DNA of 64,000 nucleotides from an uncultured delta proteobacterium. Lineage in GTDB: Bacteria; Desulfobacterota; Syntrophia; Syntrophales; UBA2185. Position 1 is the stretch's first letter. Every line of letters begins with the position of its first letter. Below, in pieces: positions 10,191 through 18,758 of this stretch. The stretch covers positions 672,001-736,000 of the forward strand of contig CAVSPA010000005.1 of NCBI GenBank assembly GCA_963729715.1. Reading direction: 5' to 3'. The notes under the pieces are model-generated. The model searched no databases, was not told where the DNA came from, and saw nothing but the letters and a program-made list of their open reading frames with translations. The translations under genes were made by a program, and so were the position numbers.

Positions 10191-11705
10191 ATGAAAAATG
10201 CAAGATTAAGTCTCAAATTAATCGGGGGGTTTATGATTGTTGCCTGCCTGCTCCTGGTGGGCGGCTTTGCCGGGTGGTACAGTGTTACTCTCCTCAGTAA
10301 CTGCATTGAAGAAGTCAATAGTAACCGTATACCCGATATGAGAGGGCTTGCGATGATTAGTGAAGCCCATGTGGCGATTCAGAAGGGCGAGCGCAGTCTG
10401 TTGATTCCCGAGTTCTTCAAAGATGATAACGAAAAGGCTCAACAGATGAACAATCTCGCGAAAGACTGGAAAGTTGCGGAGCAGGGTTTCAAGATGGTCG
10501 ATCCCTTGCCCCGGACAAAGGAAGAGACCGAAATCTGGAACAACTTCAAGATTGCATGGCAAAACTGGCAAAGGGAGCACAATCAGGTTATCGAACTTCT
10601 CAAAATGGACAAGCGTGACGAGGCGCTCGCCCTTTCTTCGGGCAAAACGAGAGGAGTAATCAGAGTTGTTGAGAATCTCTTAGGTGAACTGATCTCAGTC
10701 AATACGAAATTGGCAGCGGCAGAAACTGAAGCCACAGCGCTGACAGTAAAATGGACTAAGGTTGTGACCTCCATAGGAACAGGGATCGGTATCCTGGTTG
10801 CTTTTTTGCTTGGGATTTTCTTTGCTAACTATATTACAAAACCAATCAATCACGTCATTAAGCGCCTCATCGAAAGCGCAGATCACGTGGCGACAGCTTC
10901 GTCGGAGGTGACTGCTGCCAGCCAATCCCTTGCCGAAGGGGCTTCCGAACAGGCGGCTGCTGTTGAGGAAACGTCTTCATCCCTCGAAGAGATGTCTTCC
11001 ATGACGAAGAACAATGCCGATAATGCACAACAGGCCAGTCTGCTCATGTCGCATGACGCCAAAGTAAGTTACCGCGTGATAACTGAAAAAATGACTCAGA
11101 TGAAGGAGGTTATCAACGCGAGTGTCGAAGCGAGTCTGGAGACAGCAAAGATAATTAAGACCATCGATGAGATAGCCTTTCAAACGAATCTGCTTGCTTT
11201 AAATGCTGCAGTAGAGGCCGCGAGGGCCGGCGAAACAGGCGCCAGTTTTGCCATCGTGGCTGAGGAGGTACGGAATCTGGCTATGCGATCGGCGGAAGAG
11301 GCAAAAAATACGGAAACCCTGATCGCAGGCTCCACCGCGAAAATACAAGAGGCATCTACCCTCTTCGAACAAATTAACACTGAGTTGTCAAGCAATCGTC
11401 AAATTGCCAGAAAAGTGACGGAACTTGTCGGCGAAATTGCGGCAGCGTCTCAGGAGCAGGCGCAAGGTATAAATCAGATAAATAATGCCGTCATGGAGAT
11501 GGATAAGGTGGTGCAGCTGAATGCGGCGAGCGCCGAAGAATATTCCGGTGCCTCGGCGGAGATGAATACACAGGCAAAATATCTGAAGAATATTGTTGGA
11601 AATCTGAAAGATTTGGTCGAAGGTCAATCGAGGGACATTGCAAGTACAAGAGAAATGGATTCCGACGCTCACAGACTTAAGGCATTAATGGCAGATAAAA
11701 CGTAA
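10191..11705 (+). CDS. methyl-accepting chemotaxis protein with four-helix-bundle sensor
   Basis: Two TMs flanking a periplasmic domain; signalling hairpin [21 protein letters not shown]. Confidence 0.93.
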   Translation: MKNARLSLKLIGGFMIVACLLLVGGFAGWYSVTLLSNCIEEVNSNRIPDMRGLAMISEAHVAIQKGERSLLIPEFFKDDNEKAQQMNNLAKDWKVAEQGFKMVDPLPRTKEETEIWNNFKIAWQNWQREHNQVIELLKMDKRDEALALSSGKTRGVIRVVENLLGELISVNTKLAAAETEATALTVKWTKVVTSIGTGIGILVAFLLGIFFANYITKPINHVIKRLIESADHVATASSEVTAASQSLAEGASEQAAAVEETSSSLEEMSSMTKNNADNAQQASLLMSHDAKVSYRVITEKMTQMKEVINASVEASLETAKIIKTIDEIAFQTNLLALNAAVEAARAGETGASFAIVAEEVRNLAMRSAEEAKNTETLIAGSTAKIQEASTLFEQINTELSSNRQIARKVTELVGEIAAASQEQAQGINQINNAVMEMDKVVQLNAASAEEYSGASAEMNTQAKYLKNIVGNLKDLVEGQSRDIASTREMDSDAHRLKALMADKT

Positions 11706-11965
11706 CTCGGTGAAGCAAAGACTGCATAGCTGCGGCCGTAATGAACTGAATTCTAAATGTTGTATAATGAAGTACATTAATTCCAACGATATGGGTAAAG
11801 GTTAATATTATTAAGTCTGTTCAAGAAACCTTGGTATATTGAAAAAAAGTGAAATAAACCTTGACTTTCAGCTTTGATCGTACTAAATGTACTTCAACAT
11901 TTGCACCCCTTAGAAATGATAGGGTGCAGTAGAAGTTGGATCAGACATATTGAAGTGCAAAGGTT

Positions 11966-12004
11966 GGCCACCATGCCCTTTAGGTCTTGGTGGCCTTTTT
12001 CTTT
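11966..12004 (+). terminator. terminator-like hairpin inside csp 5' leader
   Basis: GGCCACCA-loop-TGGTGGCC followed by TTTTTCTTT, about 60 nt upstream of the csp start. Confidence 0.5.
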
Positions 12005-12059
12005 CTGTCAAAACGGCAATCCGACTGTGAGAAAATTTTGAGAAAGGAGGATTCAAGCG

Positions 12060-12260
12060 ATGCCAGAAGGTAAAGTAAAGTGGTTTAATGAGCAGAAGGG
12101 CTTCGGTTTCATCGAAAAGGATGACGGTGGTGATGTGTTTGTTCATCACAGCGCGATTCAAGCCGAGGGCTTCAAGACGTTATATGAAGGTCAGCGAGTG
12201 AGCTTCGACGTTCAGCAGGGCAAGAAAGGCCCGGCAGCAGACAACGTGAAGGCCCTGTAA
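12060..12260 (+). CDS. cold-shock protein (CspA family)
   Basis: GKVKWFN, KGFGFI (RNP1), VFVHHSAI (RNP2); RBS AGGAGG. Confidence 0.96.
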   Translation: MPEGKVKWFNEQKGFGFIEKDDGGDVFVHHSAIQAEGFKTLYEGQRVSFDVQQGKKGPAADNVKAL

Positions 12261-12285
12261 AAGCACGATTGCCAAGAAACAAAAG

Positions 12286-12326
12286 AGGCACTCAGGTCTA
12301 TAGGCAACTATAGACGAGTGCCTTTT
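12286..12326 (+). terminator. csp intrinsic terminator
   Basis: AGGCACTC..GTCTATAG-GCAA-CTATAGAC-GAGTGCCT-TTT. Confidence 0.8.
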
Positions 12327-12449
12327 GCTTTGTATGAGACTACACGCAAATAGCGCCATTGTAACTCATTTCAGTTACGACTTGGGATCGGTCATAAACG
12401 ATGAGTCCGGCTCCTTAGGCGGGCAGCTCGAGATGCAGGAGAATAAATC

Positions 12450-13022
12450 ATGCACAAACTTTCAATTTCTCTTTTCGCGGCTATTACTATTATTCTTATG
12501 ATAGCACTGAACTATGAATACAGATTTGTAGGGGACACTTCTTTATATCAAGAAGCCCGTGACAACAGAATAGAGAAGGCTATAGTGAAATCTGTAGTAT
12601 GGGCTACCGACGAACAGATTCGCAGATTGGCTCTGATTATAGAGAAGAAATATGGCAGCCAAATCGAGCAGATTTCAAGAAAGTATTACGCTTCCCCGGA
12701 AGATATCAAGGCTATTGCTATTGTCGAGTCTTTGACTGATGAGAATGCCGAGTCTAGTGTCGGCGCTGTAGGCCTGATGGGAGTTAAGCGAACAACGGGC
12801 AAGGAAATGGGTTTTGATAATATCGAGGGTCCCCTAAATAACCTTAAGGCCGGAACAAAATACTACAAGATGTTGCTCAAAAAATTTAAGGACCGAGAAC
12901 TGGCTTTGGCAGCCTATAACCTTGGTCCAGGTGAAGTGGGAAACAGATTGAACAATGGATTTGACCCTGAAACAATCGCCTATATCTGGAAAATCAGAAG
13001 AGTAAGCCGGCTCGTTATTTGA
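12450..13022 (+). CDS. lytic transglycosylase (SLT domain), N-terminally anchored
   Basis: AIAIVES (catalytic Glu), GAVGLMG, ALAAYN motifs; hydrophobic N-terminus. Confidence 0.82.
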   Translation: MHKLSISLFAAITIILMIALNYEYRFVGDTSLYQEARDNRIEKAIVKSVVWATDEQIRRLALIIEKKYGSQIEQISRKYYASPEDIKAIAIVESLTDENAESSVGAVGLMGVKRTTGKEMGFDNIEGPLNNLKAGTKYYKMLLKKFKDRELALAAYNLGPGEVGNRLNNGFDPETIAYIWKIRRVSRLVI

Positions 13023-13088
13023 AAGATGTGATGGGCTTCCCTCGCACCAACTTTCTTTAGGTCCTTAACCATTCCCCTTTGATTTCAT

Positions 13089-13220
13089 TTAGCACTTGAT
13101 TTCTGTATGGTAAGCTTGCAGGGATTTGGCATGGCCGTGTCCCTCGCGATTGGCCGCTATCCCCTTGGCAGCGGCAATGGCTGCCGCCACCGTAGTAATG
13201 TAGGGGATCTTGTGCTTGAT
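13089..13220 (-). pseudogene. carB: isolated 3' fragment of carbamoyl-phosphate synthase large subunit (carB-like MGS tail)
   Basis: Reads IKHKIPYITTVAAAIAAAKGIAANREGHGHAKSLQAYHTEIKC*, resembling the CarB C-terminus (IPYxTT...SLQxYH); no upstream carB sequence or start codon. Confidence 0.7.
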
Positions 13221-13229
13221 TTCCCGGTA

Positions 13230-13258
13230 TTGACACCCCTACCTTTATTCATTATACT
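13230..13258 (+). promoter_or_regulatory. sigma-70 promoter of ABC-F gene
   Basis: TTGACA-17 nt-TATACT. Confidence 0.7.
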
Positions 13259-13296
13259 CCCCAGCCTGAAATATAGTTAATATCGGTATTTAATCA

Positions 13297-15330
13297 GTGA
13301 TTTATCTAAACAACATCTCCTTGTCCTTCGCTGACAACACGATCTTCGATGGCATCACTTGGATGATTCCGGAAAAAAGTAGGATCGGACTCGTAGGGGA
13401 TAATGGCACCGGGAAGACCACATTGTTCAGGGCTATCCTGGGGATGGTAGATATAGATCAGGGCAGCATAGAGATTCCGAATAGAAGGAACAGGACAATC
13501 GGCTACCTGCTCCAGGATCTGGTAGAACTGGAGCCCTTCCCCCTGATTGACTATCTCAGGAAGAAAAGTGGCATAGACGATATCGAACATACTCTGAAAG
13601 ATCATGAGAGGCGCATGTCCCAGTGTGATCCGGACTCGGCCGAGTATCAGGAGATAATGAAGGCATACGAAGTCGCGACTGCCCGCTATCAGGCCGCCGA
13701 AGGATACCGATTCGACGCAAAGGCGAAACAGATACTAAACGGCTTCGGGTTCCGGGAAAAGGATTTCTCTAAGAACTGCACTGAATTTTCCGGTGGCTGG
13801 AAGATGCGCATCCTGATAGCGCTGATCTTACTATCCGCCCCGGATATCATGCTCCTCGACGAGCCGACCAATCACCTCGATACGGAAAGCATGGAGTGGC
13901 TGGAGAGCTATCTGAAAAATTACCACGGTACTCTGCTTGCGATTGCCCACGACCGCGTGTTCCTCGACAAAATGGTCCATCAGATCGTCGAGCTCGCCAA
14001 TCATCGACTCACCGTATACAAGGGAAACTACTCTTACTATCTCGCGGAAAAGGAACGGCGTCTGGAGGCCCTGAAAAAGCAGATGGCCCTTCAGCGTGGA
14101 GAGATCAAGAAGACACAGGAATTCATCGAGCGGTTCCGGTATAAAGCCACCAAGGCCAAGCAGGTCCAGAGCCGCATCAAGATGCTCGAACGGTTTGAAG
14201 TCATTGAAAGTGAAAGAAGCAGGAGGCAGGTTCATATCAGATTTCCCGAAGCGCCGAAAAGCGGCAGGGACGTTGTATCTGCAAGGCGGGTCTCCAAGAA
14301 CTATGGGGACCTCTCAGTTTTCAATCCCTTTGACCTGACAATCTACAGGGGTGAAAAGATCGCTCTTGTTGGTGTCAACGGGGCAGGTAAATCCACCTTG
14401 GCCAGGATTCTCGCCGGTACGGAAGATCCGTCTTCCGGTATGGTTACCTATGGCCTCAACGTGAGCATGGCCTTCTTTTCTCAGGAAAGCGCAGAGAATC
14501 TCGACTATGGGCGTACCATCTGGGACGATGTCTCTCTGACCGGCCGTCGCAGTAATGATCAGGGAAAAAGGAACCTCTTGGGGACTTTTCTCTTCTCCGG
14601 GAATGACATCTATAAGGATATTTCCGTGCTCTCCGGCGGAGAGAAGTCGCGTCTTGCCCTGCTGAAAATTCTTCTCCAGGATTCCAATTTCCTGATCCTC
14701 GACGAACCCACCAATCATCTCGACCTCAAGACGAAAGAGATCCTCCAGAATGCCCTGCTCGGGTACACAGGCACGGTGGTAATAGTTTCCCACGACCGTT
14801 TCTTCCTGGATCGCCTCGTCACCAGGGTGATCGAGATTCGCGATGGGCGATGCTACGAATATCTTGGCAACTACTCCTACTTCATCCAGAAGCGCGGTGA
14901 AATGGCCGCGGCGATCATGGGCACAGACGGCGCCTCAGTAGCCGGTAATCCACCTGCAACGGCTTCACCGCCTGAAGTGAGTGAGACGACGCCCGGCCGG
15001 AGGCCCTTTAAGACGAAGGACGAAAAACGGCTGGAGGCTGAGGAAAGAAACCGGCTTTCGCGAATTATGAGCGACTTTAAAAAGAAACTGAAGGCGCTGG
15101 AGAATCAGATTATCCAGCTCGAAGAGAAGAAGGCGGATAACGAAAAGATTCTTTGTGAGCCTAACATTCACAAGGAACCGCAGAAGATCAAAATGCTGAA
15201 TCAGGAGCTGCATGATATCACCAGGGAACTCGAATATCTGTATGTTTCATGGGACACTGTTACACAAGAAATTGAAGCCCACGAAGCCGAAGGCGGCGTC
15301 ATCATACAGGATAGTTGCTCAGGACTGTAA
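13297..15330 (+). CDS. ABC-F family ATP-binding protein
   Basis: Two ABC domains (GDNGTGKT / GVNGAGKS, SGG, LDEPTNHLD), linker GNYSYY, C-terminal coiled coil, no TM. Confidence 0.93.
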   Translation: MIYLNNISLSFADNTIFDGITWMIPEKSRIGLVGDNGTGKTTLFRAILGMVDIDQGSIEIPNRRNRTIGYLLQDLVELEPFPLIDYLRKKSGIDDIEHTLKDHERRMSQCDPDSAEYQEIMKAYEVATARYQAAEGYRFDAKAKQILNGFGFREKDFSKNCTEFSGGWKMRILIALILLSAPDIMLLDEPTNHLDTESMEWLESYLKNYHGTLLAIAHDRVFLDKMVHQIVELANHRLTVYKGNYSYYLAEKERRLEALKKQMALQRGEIKKTQEFIERFRYKATKAKQVQSRIKMLERFEVIESERSRRQVHIRFPEAPKSGRDVVSARRVSKNYGDLSVFNPFDLTIYRGEKIALVGVNGAGKSTLARILAGTEDPSSGMVTYGLNVSMAFFSQESAENLDYGRTIWDDVSLTGRRSNDQGKRNLLGTFLFSGNDIYKDISVLSGGEKSRLALLKILLQDSNFLILDEPTNHLDLKTKEILQNALLGYTGTVVIVSHDRFFLDRLVTRVIEIRDGRCYEYLGNYSYFIQKRGEMAAAIMGTDGASVAGNPPATASPPEVSETTPGRRPFKTKDEKRLEAEERNRLSRIMSDFKKKLKALENQIIQLEEKKADNEKILCEPNIHKEPQKIKMLNQELHDITRELEYLYVSWDTVTQEIEAHEAEGGVIIQDSCSGL

Positions 15331-15375
15331 CTGTGCCGATACAACAGAACATATCAGCGCGGGTGGATACTACCT

Positions 15376-15759
15376 GTGAAGACTCTAAAGCTGAGCGAGA
15401 CGGAAATTGATCGGGCTATAAAAAGGGCGATTGCACGGATCCCATCAGAAATAAAGCACCATCTGAAAAATGTCGTCATTTCCGTTCAGAAGCGTCCTTC
15501 TAAGGAAATTCTCGAGGAGATAGGCCTCCATCGGAATGAACCTTTGCCCGGCATGTACAGGGGTACGGCACTCGTGGATCGTTCCGTGTTCTATCCGCCT
15601 CTTTACCCGGACGCCATTATTCTGTTTCAGGAGCCTCTGGAAAAAATGTGCAACACGATAGACGAACTTGAGGAACAAATAGAAATTACCGTGGTGCATG
15701 AAATCGCTCATTTTCTGGGGATGAGCGAGGAAAGGCTTGCGGAGCTCGGATACGGCTGA
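15376..15759 (+). CDS. minimal zincin-like metallopeptidase
   Basis: GMYRG, PDAIILFQ, TVVHEIAHFLG. Confidence 0.85.
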   Translation: MKTLKLSETEIDRAIKRAIARIPSEIKHHLKNVVISVQKRPSKEILEEIGLHRNEPLPGMYRGTALVDRSVFYPPLYPDAIILFQEPLEKMCNTIDELEEQIEITVVHEIAHFLGMSEERLAELGYG

Positions 15760-15790
15760 GCCACTGCTTCTGCAGTCAGACGAAATGGAG

Positions 15791-15825
15791 AAAAGAAAAG
15801 GCGGTCGAAGAATCCTCCCACCGCC
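15791..15825 (-). terminator. intrinsic terminator after OsmC-like gene
   Basis: Minus strand GGCGGT...ACCGCC-TTTTCTTTT. Confidence 0.55.
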
Positions 15826-15857
15826 CGTGAAATCGATCAATCACCTTGTTCTGAGAA

Positions 15858-16294
15858 TCACACCAACTCAACTTTAATAGGAGTTACACAGGCGAGATTA
15901 TCCGATACAGGACACCTGCTTTCTATTTCATGCACGAAGGCCTCTTTTTCCTCCTTCGTCATCTCGGCATCGATGCTTAACGTAACATTTATACCCTCGG
16001 CTCCGGGCCTGTTCTCCTTGCTCTTGCCAAGTATCGTCTCCTGATCAAATGTCCCCTCAACCCTCATCTGCATGCCGTTCAATTTGTACCTCTTCTTGAT
16101 GGCAATGATTCTTGCCACCGTGGCGATGCAGCCCGCGAGGGACGTGAACATATATTCGATGGGGTTCGGTCCCGCATCTTTCCCGCCGCTGTTGTCGGCT
16201 GGTCGACGTAGAGAGTATGGTTTCCCGCCTTTACTTCGCCCTTGAATCTATCATCAGACTTTGCCTCGATGCTTACTGTTTTCATCTTTGCCAT
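15858..16294 (-). pseudogene. OsmC family protein, split by a 1-nt frameshift near 16185
   Basis: ORF 16079-16294 (...YVDQPTTA) joins ORF 15858-16151 via expected GGKDAGPNPIEYMFTSLAGC...RCPVS; one G appears missing in GCGGCGGGAAAGAT. Confidence 0.8.
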
Positions 16295-16341
16295 GGTATT
16301 TTCTCCTGACGTTATTTTTTATGTCGCGCTTGGTCGTTCCA

Positions 16342-17271
16342 TCAGAACGATCCGCTGAGCCTCTCTGCAAATTCCTCAGGACCGAACCTATAGTCCTGCG
16401 TTCCATAAGTCTCCACGGCAAAGGAGGCGCAAACGCTCCCCATCCTCGCGCACTCTTCGATATCCTTGCCTTGAATCAGTCCGCTTATCAGCCCGCCCCT
16501 GTATGAATCACCGGCGCCTGTCGGGTCTTCCACCTTCCTCGGCTTAACGGCGGGAATATTTATTTCACCGCCCAGCGTGAGAACCTGCGAACCTTTCTCC
16601 CCCAAGGTGACAATAACAGTCCCGGCCCGCCGTATCAAATCCTTCCTGTCTAAGGCGGTCTTGCACATGATCAGGTCCAGTTCATAATCATTGGATATCA
16701 GTATCCGGCAACCATCTATGGCATTTGCAATATCCGCGGCAGCGAGCACTGGCAGAGATTGTCCGGGATCAAAGATGTAGCCGATTCCTCTTTGCTTGCA
16801 GATACGCGGATAGTTCACCATGTCTCCAAGATTACCGGGAGAGATGATGGCGATGGTATCCTCAGGATTGAGCTTGTCGAAATCGAGAGATGAAGAATGC
16901 TTCATGGCGCCGGGATTAAAGCCGGTAATCTGATTGTCGGCAAGGTCGGTGGTTATGTAAGCGCATGCGGTGAATTCATCTTCTATGATTTTGATGCCGT
17001 CCGTGGAAATATCATTCTTCGCCATCCAGTCGAAGTATCTGTGATGATCATGACCGATAGCAGCGGAGATGTCCGGCTTTTCGCCTACGAGAGACAGGGC
17101 GTAGGCAATATTTCCCGCCGTACCGCCGAATTTCTCCCTCATGCCGTTGACCTGGAAGCAAACGTTCAAGACGTGTATCTTCCCGGGAAGGATGTGATCC
17201 GAGAAGTGTCCCGGAAAATCCATGATCCTGTCATACGCCAGTGACCCGGAAACGATTATCTTCATATTCAT
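16342..17271 (-). CDS. PfkB family kinase (adenosine kinase-like)
   Basis: SGSLAYD, FGGTAGNIAY, DPGQ, NDYE, DPTGAGD. Confidence 0.9.
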   Translation of the reverse strand: MNMKIIVSGSLAYDRIMDFPGHFSDHILPGKIHVLNVCFQVNGMREKFGGTAGNIAYALSLVGEKPDISAAIGHDHHRYFDWMAKNDISTDGIKIIEDEFTACAYITTDLADNQITGFNPGAMKHSSSLDFDKLNPEDTIAIISPGNLGDMVNYPRICKQRGIGYIFDPGQSLPVLAAADIANAIDGCRILISNDYELDLIMCKTALDRKDLIRRAGTVIVTLGEKGSQVLTLGGEINIPAVKPRKVEDPTGAGDSYRGGLISGLIQGKDIEECARMGSVCASFAVETYGTQDYRFGPEEFAERLSGSF

Positions 17272-17278
17272 GGGCCTC

Positions 17279-17653
17279 TTAAATCAAGTCGAAGTCGCCA
17301 TCATGGATGCAACGTAACCACTCGTGCGCACTGGGTTCAGTTGATGGGAACCGGGACATCTTGGAATCGTCGATGATCTGATCAACTGTGATGATACACA
17401 CAGGCCAGCCGGGAAAGCCGTGCCGGACATGACAGTTATCATTTATCCGATAGGCGAGGAATTTCTTCCTGCTGCAGAATATCCGGTATCTCCTGTTACG
17501 GCGCTTGATGCGGAGTGTCTGATCGAGCCATCCGTTACTTTCAAAAACGCCGACAAGATTCTGGAGCACTTCCTGCGATTTAATTTCTCCATGATCGCTA
17601 AGCGGCTTATTTGTAGTTATCATGTTCACTATTCCGTTCTTTTGGTAATTCAC
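17279..17653 (-). CDS. hypothetical protein (start uncertain)
   Basis: ORF ends 7 nt upstream of the pfkB start, co-oriented; no motif recognised. Confidence 0.5.
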   Translation of the reverse strand: MNYQKNGIVNMITTNKPLSDHGEIKSQEVLQNLVGVFESNGWLDQTLRIKRRNRRYRIFCSRKKFLAYRINDNCHVRHGFPGWPVCIITVDQIIDDSKMSRFPSTEPSAHEWLRCIHDGDFDLI

Positions 17654-17880
17654 TTCTGCCCAGAGAAGTAAATAAAATGCATTTGAATGTCAAGGGCTAT
17701 TTGGGAAGATCAGATATAGCGCTATCGCGGACGCAGCTCAACTGCCGTCATATTCCGATTGAGAAAGCCCGTTGCAATCCCAAACAAAATTGACCGTTTA
17801 TAAAAAAGGTGATAACCTCATTCGCTCGTTGCAATTGTAGGCGGAACCGTTCAGATAGACGTGGGAGGTATTGTTTATCC

Positions 17881-18561
17881 ATGACGAGTGCGAAAGCTAT
17901 CTTTGACGAATGGCCTGAAAAATATGACCAATGGTTCACGACCCCTATCGGTTCCCTCGTAAGAAAATATGAAAGCGAACTGATATTGGACTTCTTGAAA
18001 CCGGCTTCAGGAGAAATGATCCTTGATGCAGGCTGCGGCACAGGGGTGTTTACGCATGATATCGTTTCGTCTGGATCACAGGTCATAGGGCTCGATATAT
18101 CTTTTCCGATGCTCAGGCGCGCAAGGGAAAAATCCGGAGGCGTTCGCTTCTATCCCATACGGGGCGATATATCAACCCTGTCCTTCCGTGACGAGTCCTT
18201 TGACAAGGTTGTTTCCGTTACTGCCCTTGAGTTTATTGACGATGCCAAGGGCGCTGTGGTCGAGTTGTTTCGCGTTGCGAAAAAAGGCGGCATCGTTGTC
18301 GTGGCAACACTCAACAGCCGGAGCCCTTGGGCAGCGCGCAGAAAGGAGGAGGCAAGAAAAGAACATGCCATTTTCAGTAAGGCCGTCTTGAGATCTCCTG
18401 ACGACTTGCTTGCCCTTTCACCCGCCCGTGGCGTGGCGAGAACGGCCATCCATTTTCATAAAGGCGATTCGCCTGAAAAAGCTGTGGAGACGGAGCGTGA
18501 AGGTCAGACCATGGGATCGATGGCAGGCGCGTTTGCCGCGGTGCAATGGCTCAAGCCCTGA
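17881..18561 (+). CDS. class I SAM-dependent methyltransferase
   Basis: ILDAGCGTG, GLDIS motifs; start moved to ATG 17881 behind GGGAGG. Confidence 0.88.
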   Translation: MTSAKAIFDEWPEKYDQWFTTPIGSLVRKYESELILDFLKPASGEMILDAGCGTGVFTHDIVSSGSQVIGLDISFPMLRRAREKSGGVRFYPIRGDISTLSFRDESFDKVVSVTALEFIDDAKGAVVELFRVAKKGGIVVVATLNSRSPWAARRKEEARKEHAIFSKAVLRSPDDLLALSPARGVARTAIHFHKGDSPEKAVETEREGQTMGSMAGAFAAVQWLKP

Positions 18562-18758
18562 GGCATAAATCCATTCCCGTTTCAGGAAATTATCTTGCCG
18601 AAAAAATCCCGCACCCGCGGGAACAGTTTTTTTAGCAGAACGTTCATTTTTTTCTATACCGTGATTGAGAAAAGAAGTATGTATAAGCCCGCGACGGAAA
18701 GAAAAGGAAAGTCGCACAAATTACGGCTTACCCAAAGCAATGGAAAGAGAGTTTATAA

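Noticed and set aside
12340..12440. Possible cyclic-dinucleotide riboswitch upstream of the SLT gene
   Set aside because: Only a GTAACT/AGTTAC palindrome and weak stems; conserved c-di-GMP and c-di-AMP motifs not found
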